NCBI RefSeq assembly: GCF_001194135.2
Contig: NC_068981.1
Coordinates: forward strand, 90,321,236 to 90,379,865
From: Octopus bimaculoides
Taxonomy: Eukaryota
DNA: 58,630 bases
Direction of reading: 5' to 3'
Within the stretch, counting starts at the first letter, position 1; each line of letters begins with the position of its first letter. Both the position numbers and the translations under genes were made by a program. Positions 12,760 to 25,225 of this stretch are shown piece after piece. The notes beneath the pieces were generated by a model that saw nothing but the letters and a program-made list of their open reading frames with translations, was not told the origin of the DNA and did not search any database.

Positions 12760-13235
12760 TTCTTTTAATCATTAGAGTGTGACCATGCTGGTGCACTGCC
12801 TTGAAGAATTTTAGTTGAACAAATCAATCCCAATACTTGCCTTTTTTTTTTTTAATTTTTAAGCCTCAAACTTATTCTATCGATCTCTTTTTCTGAAGCG
12901 AAGTTATGGGGACGTAAACACACCAACACTGGTTGTCAAGCGGTGGGTGGAGTGGGAACAAACACACCTATCTATATCCGCCTCATCATCATCCTTTAAT
13001 ATCCAACTTCCATTCTGGCATGGGCTGGATGGTTTGACAGGAGCCAGCCAAACAGGAGCCTGCACCAGACTTCAGTCTGTTTTGGCAGGGTTTTTACAGC
13101 TGGATGTCCTTCTTAACACCAACCACCCAGCACACATACATACACAAACACAATGGGCTTCTTTCAGTTTCTGTCTACCAAATCCACTTTCAAAGCTTTG
13201 GTCAGCCAAAGGCTATAGTAGAAGACACTTCTCAA
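12760..13235 (-). mobile_element. SINE family B, diverged, with nested family-C fragment
   Basis: Matches the family-B 3' half and core. Confidence 0.65.
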
Positions 13236-13664
13236 AGCATATATAATACTTTTTTTAATTTTTTATTTTTCTCTTTCTGTGTAATGTTTGAAAGATAATC
13301 ACTGCAAAATTAATCTGACCTACAAGACTTAAGGAAATTAGTGAGAGAGTGGTGATGGTGAAGACAGGGTTGAGAAGTTAAAAAGTTCACTTAGCAGCCA
13401 TGAAATCACCATGATCTTAGTAATGCTTATTAAGTAGGGCAAGTGTCGTCTGCCATAGAAATGGGCTGACACAAGCCTTGTAAATGCAACTGGATAGACT
13501 GAAATCATACCAAGACCTACTGGCTGGACAGTATCAGCACTTAAAACTGACCAGTGTTGTCATGTATTACTCATTCTCTTTGTGTCTGAAGATTTCATCA
13601 AACCTGTATGGAATACACAGCCTCCTACACAGATAGGACACTGTATATGTAGTTCAGTTGACTG

Positions 13665-14268
13665 AATAACTGGCTGTGTAATAATAAGTTCGTTTCCAAC
13701 CACATGGCTCCAGGGTTAGCCTCATTGCATTGCAACTTAGGCAAGTGTCTTCAATTATAGCCCTGGGCTGACCAAAATCTTGTGAATAAATTTGGTAGAG
13801 AGAAGCTCAAAGAAGCCCATCATATATATGTGTGTGTGTCTTTATGCCTGTGTTTGTTCCTCTCACTACTAGACAACCAGTGTTGGGTTGTTTATGTCCC
13901 TGTAACTTAAGCAAAAAGAGACCAACGAAATAAGTACCAGGATTTAACCATTTAGCATACAAACCGGCCATATCCAACCCAAATACTTGACCCGTTTTGT
14001 GTCCAAACGAGCCATATCTTGTCTCTCACACCTACTCTATGATGTTATTCCCAAAATATACAATCACATGATCAAAATCTCAAAGCTACAAGACAATGCA
14101 CGATTAATTCAAAACAATGTGAATACATAAGCATTACATTTGACAATAATCTGCATACTAAAGAGTTAAAAAATGACTACAGGGGTTAATTTGTTTGACT
14201 AAACCCATCAAAGCAGTGCTCAAGCATGGTTGCAGTCCAATGACTGAAACAAGTGAAAGATAAAAGAT
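13665..14268 (+). mobile_element. SINE family B interrupted by a piggyBac-type MITE
   Basis: Head at about 13670, tail tgactgaaacaagtgaaaga at about 14260. Confidence 0.7.
13944..14169. mobile_element. piggyBac-type MITE family 1 nested in a SINE-B
   Basis: ttaaccatttagca...actaaagagttaa; flanks continue the SINE-B 3' half. Confidence 0.75.
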
Positions 14269-14754
14269 AATCTGTACAATTCCATTTCATTGTTACTAAC
14301 TTATGATTTATACATTTCAAGGAAGTGGATTATTAATATTTCAGTCAACACATTTCAATGAATGCTGATGTTATGTTGAAACAGTAAAATTATACCTATA
14401 ATGTATCGATGCTATGCAGCTGAAACAAACGACAAATCAATAAACAGCATGAATGAAATAAGGACCCATTTGCCTTGTCTTCCATAAGTGCACTATTACA
14501 AAGTATTACAAATCTGTTATCAGTGTGATAAATAAAACAAAGGCAGGAAAAACTACTGCCAGAGATGCTGTCATTATCCTAACTGGCTCTTTCTTAGCTC
14601 ACAATACAGTGAGTAAACCTATACCTCTTCTAAACCCACAACATTGAAAGGAGTAAAAGCATCCATGATTTATAAAAATTAGATATTGATGGCTAACACC
14701 AGCTCAAGATATTTTTCTTTTTTTTTTCCTTTAGAGAAAATCACATACTCAAGA

Positions 14755-14982
14755 TTAACCTTTTAACATAGATATTATTCAGTCAAAAGCAATGCTTATT
14801 TATTCTCATTGTTTTAAACTAATCATGCATTATCTTGTAGCTTTCAGATTTTGATGAGGTAACTATTAATTTTTAGAATGATATTGCAGGGTTAGTGTTA
14901 GAAACCAGATCTAGCCAGTTTGAACATAAAACTGGTAGAATATTTTGGCCAGATAGGGCCAGTTTAAATAGTGAAGGGTTAA
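14755..14982. mobile_element. piggyBac-type MITE family 1, reverse orientation
   Basis: ttaacctttta...gtgaagggttaa; internal sequence is the reverse complement of neighbouring copies. Confidence 0.75.
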
Positions 14983-15089
14983 GCATTTCTGCAACATATT
15001 TCTATTAATTATTTTTGCTGAGTATTTAACATAGTTTTCACAACCTCTTTGCAAGCATCATTTTATTTTCTAAAAAACAGTGCAAAATA

Positions 15090-15308
15090 TTAACCCTTTA
15101 GCACTGAGACCAGCTATATCTATTTTATCTGTTTTTGGTTCAAATTGGCCAGATCTGGCTTCTCACACCTACCCTACAATGTTACTCTAAAAATAAACCA
15201 TCACACAATTGAATTCCTGAAGCTACAAGATCATTTATGATTAATTCAAAACAATGTGAATAAAGAAGCATTACATTTAACAGAATAATATGAATGCTAA
15301 AGGGTTAA
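15090..15308. mobile_element. piggyBac-type MITE family 1
   Basis: ttaaccctttagca...tgctaaagggttaa. Confidence 0.85.
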
Positions 15309-15403
15309 AAATAAACTGTGTTAAGCATGATAATAAAAATACAAAGACAAATAGATAGACAGACATTAACAAAAAGGATTAACAAATCAGTTTTACTACT
15401 TAC

Positions 15404-16217
15404 TTATGAAAAGGAAAATCATGATGGCACCCCAACCAAGAACAATAGATGCATTGGCACAAATACTTATAATTCCCAAGACACGCATATTTCGAACAAA
15501 GGAGAAGAGGATGAGAATCGGTAATTGAAGCAAAATGAGAATATACAGATTGGGTGCCATCTTTACATAGGAGACATGTGGTAGCAAAATATGTGAAGAT
15601 GAAGTGATTATATCTGTGGATATTAAAGGTGATATTGATGTCGTAACTGGGAAAGTGGCATTGTGGTTACTGAGGTGTGAGATAACTGTTTTTTTAGTGC
15701 CCTTAGGGGTTTCAGTCACTGAAGGTGGAATTAAAGTTCCACTTTTGTTAAAAACATTAGTGCAGTTCCAAGATATACTGTGGTTTGGTAAACGATTAAA
15801 TTGGTTAGAAGGAATTCCCATTATGTGCTTCAAACTTAAGGAGGTGTTAAGCTGAGTGTTGTTTGCCACATGTAAAAGCACACATTGCGGAACAACGGGG
15901 AAAAAAGATAGCAGTGTGTTACCAACAAAAATGGAATAGCCGATGCAGTAACCAAACTGCGTTAAAAAGACACAAAAGTTCACGACACCTTGACCAATAC
16001 GGCCAAACGCAATCATGCCAATGTCTCCATAGGATAGTTGTTTCTGTAGTTGACTTTCCAGCTCGAGGCGCTGTTGGTCCATATTATCAGATGACTTCAG
16101 GTGACGGGCATCGAATTTCCAAAGAAGAATATCCAAAGCATAGTATTTACATTTCACAATCAGCTGACAACAGTGGCTGGTAAGGCTAGCAATGATGAGA
16201 AGTAGAATCAAGCCCGC
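15404..16217 (-). CDS. Transporter exon encoding TM2-TM5 with a long luminal loop
   Basis: Within the 278-aa ORF. Acceptor tttcag|GCG (phase 0), donor TAA|GTAAGT (phase 1). Motifs LSYGDIG, QFGYCIGYSIF and hydrophobic helices are typical of SLC36/AVT3-type transporters. Confidence 0.95.
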
Positions 16218-17039
16218 CTGAAAGTAGAGCAAAATGAAATTATTTTAGAAGTGCTGTCCAGATTGAATCATCATCATCATTATTTCATATACACTCAACA
16301 AATTAGACAGTTGGAAAAGAAAAATTGCTAACATCAGGCTACAACAAGTAACCTTAGATACCAAGAACTCTAAATATTCTAGCTGTCCCTCATAACAGTT
16401 TACTGGAGGTGTACTAAACTGGGTTTTATGCTTATTTCCATTATCCATCTGTTCAAATCTTTAGGGATAGTTCTTAATGCACCTATAACTACAGGTATAC
16501 ATTTTACCTGCACTTTCCATAATCTCTGTAACTCAATGCCTAGGTCCTGGTACTCTGCCATTTTTTCTATACCTGTCATATTGACTTCCTCATCATTTGG
16601 GACTGTAAAGTCAATTATCTGACACTTTCTATTCTCTTTATCTACTAAATTACTAAATCAGGCTTTCTACTTATATTACTCTGTCCACCCGAATGTTAAA
16701 GCCTCACAACGTCCAATATTTCTTACTTTCTAGTACTTTATTAGGTTCATGTACATAATATTTATCAGTATGGTTAAATTTATTATCATTATTTCTTTTG
16801 AATTTGGGATAGGGTCAGCAATATTCAAGAGAGGGTACAATTTGATTACATTGATCCCAATACTTCATTGATAACTTATTTTATTGATCTCAAGAAGGAT
16901 GAAAAGCAAAGACAACCTCAAAAGCATCTGAACTAAGCTGGAAGAAATGCAGCTAAGCATCTTATCTGTTGTGCTAATGATTCTGCCAGCTCACATTATT
17001 ATTATTATCATCATCATCATCATCATCATTATTATTATT

Positions 17040-17358
17040 GAGAGAGAGAGCAGTGCATGCCATCAAAGTGACACTGGGGTAAAATATACGAAGCCCACTA
17101 TACCCATCATTACTACCTGCCTGATAAGGGTACACCAGGCACACGCATCACAACCATATGTGCGCGACATGGTGATCTCATATCAAGATAAACAGCACAT
17201 GACCTTGCAGGTGGGGCCCAGTTAGAATTTTCTTCAGGTCGAGTAGCCCATCCCGCTCAAAAGGTCCCTGAATAAGGTTTGTTTAAGGATGTTGAGCAAA
17301 ACACCCATGTTTCCAAAGGTGAATTATTGAAACCCCAAAGAATTCCTCTCAACACATG

Positions 17359-17360
<2 letters not shown>
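17040..17360. repeat. Interspersed repeat family F (about 320 bp)
   Basis: Reverse-complement copy at about 44370-44710. Confidence 0.75.
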
Positions 17361-17397
<37 letters not shown>

Positions 17398-17399
17398 TA

Positions 17400-17660
17400 T
17401 GGTTTCTTTTCATTGTAACTTTATTGCAGCTGCCTTAGTGCCAGGCATCCTCCGGAGGCCAAGAGTAGCCAAGGGACTTTTGCTTTGCTATGCATGCTAA
17501 GATTATCACCACATTTATTCCATTTTAGATGGAGAGTGCTTTCTGTAGTATATGGGCTGTACCCATCAAGGTTATCCTTTGTAGTTCATGGAGATTGAAG
17601 TTACCAGGGAGTTGCTTAATATACTTCTCAGCTCCCTTCTTTATCATTCCAAATTCTGCC
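17400..17660 (-). mobile_element. 3' end of an RLE-type non-LTR retrotransposon (Dong/R4-like)
   Basis: GMIKKGAEKYIKQLPGNFNLHELQRITLMGTAHILQKALSI* followed by a 3' UTR ending in (TAA)n. Confidence 0.7.
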
Positions 17661-17925
17661 ATGGTCGATTTTGCTTTCATCCTTTCGGAGTCGATAAAAT
17701 AAGAACCAGTTGAACACTTCCCCCAAAAATGCTGCCCTTCCAAAATTTCAAACATTGTGCTTATGTGAGAATATTATTGTCATTGTAATTGTTACAACTA
17801 TAAAAGGTGGTAGACAGGAAGAATCATTAGACCAAATTCTATGTGGTATACATTCTACAAGATCAACTTTGCTTTTGTCCTTTCAAAATCAATAAAATAA
17901 ATAAAATAAATAAATATGCGTCCGC

Positions 17926-17928
<3 letters not shown>

Positions 17929-17970
<42 letters not shown>

Positions 17971-18028
17971 GGTCAAGCGTTTGCAGCGACATCGCTTTTT
18001 GATTCTTTGATGTCGGCTCTTCCTATCA
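17929..18028 (+). pseudogene. 28S rRNA fragment (domain V, peptidyl-transferase region), about 100 bp, few substitutions
   Basis: GAGGTGTCAGAAAAGTTACCACAGGGATAACTGGCTTGTGGCGG...GATGTCGGCTCTTCCTATCA matches the universally conserved eukaryotic LSU segment. Isolated, no other rDNA nearby. Confidence 0.9.
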
Positions 18029-19436
18029 AGTCCTAGGATCAATGGTATTAACTTAACCCTACCCCTGGCTATGTATCAAAATCAGAAAAAAATTATTACT
18101 TGCTGGTACCACTTAAAAAGCACCCAGCACACTCTGTAAAATGCCTGGTGTTAGGAAGGGCATCCAGCTGTAGAAACCAAACTAAATCAGATTGGAACCT
18201 GGTACAGCTCTCCAGGTTGCCAGCTCTGGTCAAACTATCCAACCCATGCTAGCATGGAAAACAGACATTAAAGGATGATGACAATATATTATTATTGTCA
18301 TTGTTAAGACAGAGAGCTGGCAAAATGATTACAGCATCAGAGAAAAATGCTTTGCAGTATTTATTCACGTTCTTTACATTCTGAGTTCTAACTTCACTGA
18401 GATTAACACCTCCTTTTACCTCTTTGGGGTTGATAAAATTAAGCACCAGTCATGCACTGGGGTCAATGTAATCAATCCCCTTCTCCTCAAAATTACTGAC
18501 CTTGTGCCTAAACTGTGCTGTTGAGGAGTGGCTAACATACTCGGTACAGTATTTAATTTTGTCCCATGTTCTAAATGTTATCTTTGCCTTTCACCTTTTG
18601 GGAGGTAAATGAAGAATTCTGTGTGTTCTGTGATACTCAGCCTTGTGCTGATTCAATATCAAAAGAAATTGTCATCATCATTCTCAATGTGTACAGATAA
18701 TATGTTCTAGGTTGTCTTCACCTTGCAGTACATCTGCCATAAAGTGCTAAATTATAAATCAGATTCACACAAAGAGTCATCCACATCACTACATGTTTTT
18801 CTTTCGTTTTGGCCTTGTAATATATAGATAGGATGGAATTTCAAAACATTATCAGTTGCTGTGTTCTGATCCCTTGACACCATCTTTGAAACCCAATTCC
18901 TATAAAAGTTTGTAAAAGAACAATAAATTAGAGTGAGTTAATTAGCTGTGAGGGGGTGAAAAATCCAGAGTTTTAGACATTTTCACTGAGAGAGCAGGGA
19001 TGGTGGATATAAAGACTTTGGTATTAGGGATGCAAAATTGTAAATAAGGGTTTGAAGAAGTAGGGATGAAGGAACTCAGTTTCGAGAATAAGAAGTAAAT
19101 AGAAAGTTTTTGAGTATATGGTGTAAATAGTTTTATGTTAGGCATAGTGAGAAAAGAAGGTTGTAGAATATACAGTATTGCTGTAAGGTAAGGTCCAGAC
19201 TCTGTGATCACTGGTGGTGTTAGCCTATGTCAGCAAAATTTAATCCATATATGTTCCAAAATGTTTTGTGAGTGAAATTTGGCATGCATGCATGTATGTA
19301 TGTAATTTGGCAAAGCTCGCTCGATCTCAATTTTCAGTACGAATACGGACCGTGAAAGCGTGGCCCATCGATCCTTTCCGAACATGCATGCATGCATACA
19401 CACAGACAGACATAGACATACATACATACATATATA

Positions 19437-20707
19437 CAGGGTGTGGTGAATAAATTGTCTAAATCAATCAAAAATAAAAATAACACTGACATCTTATTTT
19501 AACAGATATATTTACCAAAATTACATAAAAATATCTTGAAATACTAAAGAGTAAATTTATTCAATAAAATCGCCATTGGCTTCAACCATGGCCTCCGAAC
19601 GACTTCGGAATCTCCTGGAACTTTTCTGGACAATCTCTTGGTTTAAGTTGGTAAATGCTGTCATAATCCTTGCCTTCAGTTCATCTTTGGTGTTACAAGG
19701 AGTTTTGTTGGTCTCTCATTCAACTGCACCCCACACATAATAATCAAGGGGGTTGCAGTCTGGGGAGTTAGGTGCCAGATGTTAAGAGTGATGTGGTCAC
19801 AGAAATTGTCTGACAGCCATGACTGGGTTCTTCTGCTTGTGTGGCATGGTGCAGAGCCCTGTTGTCAGACATAAGGTCTTTCAGCAGCCACTCTCTTAAC
19901 CCAGGGCAACACTACCTTCTCCAGGCACTTGATGTAGGCCTCCATGTTGTGGGAAGATGAAAGGAGGCATAACACCACCATCACTCGTGATCACTCCAAA
20001 CACCATGATGTTGATTGGATGTTTGATTTTTATCACTCTCGGTACATGTTTTGGGGACACAACAAGCCAATGGTTGTTCTGTGTGTTCACACTCTGATCC
20101 TGAAATTCTCATCTGAGAAAAGCAAAAACATGTTTGGTTGGAGGGGATGCTTAAGTTTGTTCAAAAGCTTCATAGCGCAGTCTTTCATTTTGTCCGTGAT
20201 GGCTTGGGTACAAATTGGCCCTTTCTCATCTTGTATGAGGAATACTGAATGCTTTTAAACACTATCTACTTCATAAGAAACTCAGACACTCCCATGTCCC
20301 TGGCGATGGACCTGACTGACATGGAGGGATCGTTGTTAATCATGGCCTGGATCACACCAACAAATTCAGGAGTTCTTTTCTTATCAGAATGAAATTTCTG
20401 AGCTGCCGTACCTTTGTAATCACCATTAGTCTTGTCCAACTCTTTCTGAATCCTCTGCACTGTCCTCAGATTGACACCCAAACACTTTGAAACGTTCGTA
20501 TTGGAGCTTCCAGCACAAATGCCAAGCAGTACAGCATGTTGTTTCCAAACTTCTGGCAGAGTGAATCACGTCATGGTACTGTTTTTTTCTCACAGACAGT
20601 GTCTGACTGACCCTACTATACTATATAGTCGACAAAATCAAAAACAAACGATGTGCATGCATGAAGTTAAAAGTATAAAATAGCGACAATTTACCCATCG
20701 CACTCTG
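19437..20707 (-). mobile_element. Decayed Tc1/mariner transposon, DD37D (maT-like), about 1.27 kb
   Basis: HTH fragment LGVNLRTVQRIQKEL, IMVFGVITSDG, QQ(G)SAPCH...W(P)PNSPDCNPLDYYVWGAVE. Degenerate TIRs (cagggtgtggtgaataaattgtc / gacaatttacccatcgcactctg) with TA flank. Stops and frameshifts present. Confidence 0.88.
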
Positions 20708-21823
20708 CATACATGAAGAGCTGCCCAGGCTCCATGTCTGTTTTGGCTTAGTTTCTACGGCTGGGTGCTTTTATCCAGCACAGGTGCATTTACGTGACAC
20801 CTGCACATGTGCCTTTTACGTGGCACCAGCACCCACAAGCCCTCAAGGTAGGAATGCTCAGCTGGAGAGCGATGCAGGGAACAACTTGTATGCATGGACA
20901 ACAACGCTTTTATTTTCTCTCTTTAGACACACGTAATTTGGTATATTATATATGTAAAAGCCCATTAAACATGACAGCTAGCATTGTTCTCTTGAATATA
21001 AGCAGCATGGATGTGGAAATTATAGGTGCCTCGAGCAGCAGATGTCCAGAGAGTGTACCACTTACACAAGCCTTCATTTCATCATGTTTTTCATCGACCA
21101 GTTTGTCTTATTCGACTACGGCAATCCATAGTATACAACACATAATAGAAGTGTTAAAAATGATGCAACGCCCGTGCCTGAAGCTTTTGAAAACGCTTTG
21201 AACAGAGATAATCCCAAACGCATGTATTTGTCAAAGAAGAACTAGTCTACATTATAGGATTAAAAAAAACGAAGTTACAGGTGTTACATCAATTTTCTAC
21301 TCTTAAACAGATGTTTAAATAAAGACTAGAGGTCGTTCACTCCCAGCTCTTGGCTGGCCATTGACTCTACTAAGTGCATCCGTCTTTCGACAGCTTTTTC
21401 GTTGTGCAGGTTGTCCATCGAAAAGCACCCTCATAACCAAGCAGACGTGGTAGGGTTGTCAGTTTAGTCGTCGACGGCACGACCTTGTGACAGGTTGTAC
21501 TGGGTTACGTGCTACCAGTAGCGGCATAACTACAGAGTTGTACCCCAGTAGCACCAAGAGTAACCTGAAATACACAAACATAAATACGTGTGCGAGAGTG
21601 AGAGAGAGAGAAAGAGAAAGAGAGAGTGTGTGTGTGTAAAAATCTGTGCATCGAGCGAAAATTCCTCGAGATTTTCGTTGCCCAGCGCAGTTATGTCCCT
21701 TTACATCCAGGAGATGACTTTGGTTATCTCCTCTTCCAAAAACTGATTTAAAAAAACAGTATCCAGTGTGCTTACAGCCGTGAAGGTCTGTTGACATCTT
21801 TATATTATAATTTTTTTTTTAAC

Positions 21824-22180
21824 TTAAGTCATTTGACTATGGCCATGCTGGAGCACCACTTTGAAGGTTTTTAGTCGAACAAATCGACCACAGGACTTAT
21901 TTTTTGAAGCCTAGTACTCGTTCTATCGTCACTTCGCCAAACCGCTAAGTTACTGAGACGTAAACACACCAACACCGGTTGTAAAGCGGTGGTGGTGGGG
22001 GGGGGCGGCAGACACAAAAACACACACACACACGACGGACTTCTTTCAGTTTCGGTCTACCAAATCCACTCACAAGGATTTGGTTTGCCCGAGGCTACAG
22101 TAGAAGACACTTGCCCAGGGTGTCTTGCAGTGGGGCTGAATCCAGAATCATGTGGTTGGGAAGCAAGCTTCTTACCACAC
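21824..22180 (-). mobile_element. SINE family B
   Basis: Collinear reverse-complement match to the 7683 copy. Confidence 0.82.
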
Positions 22181-23329
22181 ACCCAAGGGACTAATAATGT
22201 GAGGTTCAACTCTGCTGCATTTTCAGTAGAGGGAACTCAAGCAATGTGAAATGAAGAACTTTAGTCATGTTCTCCACAGACTGGGAATCAAACGCTGCCT
22301 CCCACGAGACCATACACCTTCATTGAGCTAATGTAGTTAACCAAAACCCTCGAAGATGATGTATTAGCCCAGCTGCAATTCAATGACAAACCAATTAAAA
22401 GAAAAAAAAAAGCAATTAAAAGTTCTGATCGCTACAAATCCTATCCTCTACAATCAATCTTCAACTTGTTATATTGTTATACAGTATTATTACACTTCTT
22501 ACACATATCTCTAATTTTCTGATTATTTTACAAAGAGAGAAATGTCTTTTTTGTCATCAGGGATAATATTTCTCACCCTAATCAATAAGATAGTTACTTC
22601 ATAAATTACCCAATCTACAAGAAATAGCAGTCTTATCATACCTGCTAAACATTTTAACCATGGAAAACAGACTTCTTTAAATGATGATGATGATGTATGT
22701 ATGCGTGCAGTGTTTGTTAACATCTGCTGCTCGTTTATTCAAAAGTTAGTATTTGTATAGTGTTCTGTTGGCATTTCTTGTCAATAAATCACCCACTTGT
22801 TTTGTGTCTTTGAGGCCATGTGAAGAAAGATCTCTAACTTAAGATACAGGCAAGGATTAGCATCAAAAATGTCATCTGGCTGTAAAACAATGCCTCAACA
22901 AGATGTGTGTTTAATTCATTCTAGCATGTAAAAATGGACACAACACAAGTGAATGAACAAACTGATGAAGCAAGGCAGGTAGAAGATGGAATCTTAATAT
23001 GATGTCATGACAACATTAAATTCTTCACTAATTCCACTGCTGGCTTTATCCTACAATTACTTCCTCCAGAAACATATATGCTGAACCATTCTTTAGAGCC
23101 TTTCAAATTCAGGCTTCTCATTTCACACTAGACTATATAGCACTGGAGCTTATCAAAGGCCTATAGTACCCTGAAAATTGAAAAGATTTCTTGCTGTTAT
23201 TTATCAAGAATTAGATCCCCTACAGTTCCACATCCAACTGTAAATTATAACAGCATCTTGATTACTCTTATTATCATGCATCAGCTTTAATTTAAAATAT
23301 TTTTCTTATTGGTTTGGCCTGAAGGAAGG

Positions 23330-24150
23330 GGCTGGGCCTACACAGGCACACTGAATCCGGTGAGATCGATGGAATTAATCTTCCTCTTGCATAGTTGCCA
23401 GTTGAAGGTTTCAGAAAAAACATGGGTAAAGAAGGAATTCCAGAAGACCAATGTTCTTGTGAGAAAATAGAGAATGTAGTGATTAGTGCAAGACCAGGGA
23501 TGGGGATGGGGACAGAATATGGGTGTTAAGAAGAAAGACAAGTGAGAGTGAGTCAGGGGTCCCTAGGTAATAACACAAGAGTAGTCAGCTCCTAGGGGCA
23601 GAAGTCTGTCATAATGGTTAAAAAATGTTAAGGTATGAGAGCATAGATGTTGACTAAAAGGAGGAGTTGGTTGACGAGCATCTTCAAGCCAATCAGCCAG
23701 GCGATTTTTTGGGGGGAAATAGTATAGAGTGTGTATGTGCAGTAGGAGCACCATTCCAAATGTGTGAAGAGTTCATTGGTGTTCAATCATTGGAGATCAA
23801 TGAAGGCCATGACTGACTATGCAGCACTTTACTGGGGAATACAGCTGCATATGTGACTGAAGAATCCAGACATCTCCTACCCATGATAAATCTTCCATGT
23901 GCCCTTAAACATAAGTTAACTCCAGAAGGAGCAGTATTTCATTGTTGCATACATGCATGATACCCAGGCAGCTATAATGAAAGCTCCACTGTATGATTTC
24001 AAAAGCTTCCATCGGTTAGACCCAAAATAATAGGTTGCACATTAGATATAAGTAGGAAGAACTTGCACAGCATTATTCACACACAATCATCCCAAATCAC
24101 CTGGAACGAGCAGTAAGACATGGTCAAAATGATTGGCAAAAAGGCTGAAA
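23330..24150 (-). mobile_element. CR1/L2-like LINE ORF2 3' fragment, decayed
   Basis: Broken frames give NSSHIWNGAP and TRTLVFWNS...VFSETFN...KRKINSIDL, typical of the CR1-group post-RT region. Confidence 0.6.
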
Positions 24151-24306
24151 ACAGGAGGTATCAAGGTTACATGTGAGTGCAGAAGTTTAAGATAAACTGA
24201 AAGGAAATATCATCTGCTAAGGAGTGGTTTTTTTTAGGGGAAATCAGGTTGGCAGAATGCAAGAAATGAAACCAAACCTTGGAGCATACTAGACTTAATA
24301 GAGTGT

Positions 24307-24690
24307 TGTTGTTGGCACTCCGTCGCTTACGACGTCAAGGGTTCCAGTTGATCCGATCAACAGAACAGCCTGCTCCTGAAATTAACGTGCAAGTGGCTGA
24401 GCACTCCACAGACACATGTACCCTTAACATAGTTCTCGGGGATATTCAGTGTGACACAGTGTGACAAGGCTGACCCTTTGAATTACAGGCACAACAGAAA
24501 CAGGAAATAAGAGTGAGAGAAATTTGTGGTGAAAGAGTACAGCAGGGTTCACCACCATCCCCTGCCGGAGCCTCATGGAGCTTTAGGTGTTTTTCGCTCA
24601 ATAAACACTCACAACGCCCTGTCTGGGAATTGAAACCACGATCCTATGATTGCGAGTCCGCTGCCCTAACCACTGGGCCATTGCACCTCC
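24307..24690 (-). mobile_element. SINE family A, full length, with TSD
   Basis: 12-bp TSD TTAATAGAGTGT at 24295-24306 and 24692-24703. Confidence 0.92.
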
Positions 24691-24848
24691 ATTAATAGAG
24701 TGTAGGTAAAAGAAAACTCCAATCACACATGCTGCAATATGATTGGATGCCACTGATAAAAAGATGAGAGACAAATGAAGCAATGTAGGTCGGTTGTTTT
24801 TCAATGAGATTTGTTTGGCAAACAACATTAAATACTTTTTTTGATGTC

Positions 24849-25225
24849 TATTCTTTTACTTGTTTCAGTCATGACTGCAGCCATGCTGGAGCACCACCTT
24901 GAAGGGTTTTTAGTTAAACAAATTGACCCCAAGGCATTTTTTTTAACGCCTAGTACTTATTCTATCAGTCACTTAAGCCAAACTGCTAAGTTACAGGAAT
25001 GTAAACACATCAACACCAGTTGTCAAGCAGTATGGTGGGGAGGGACAAACACAGACACACATATATCACAGGTATTTTTCAGTTTCCATCTACCAAATCC
25101 ACTCAGAAGGCTTTTGTTGGCCTCAGGCTATTGCAGAAAACACTTTCCCCAGGTGCCATGCAGTGGGACTGAACTTGGAACCATGTGGTTGGGAAGTAAG
25201 CTTCTTACCATGCAGCCACGTCTAT
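24849..25225 (-). mobile_element. SINE family B
   Basis: Collinear reverse-complement match. Confidence 0.8.
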
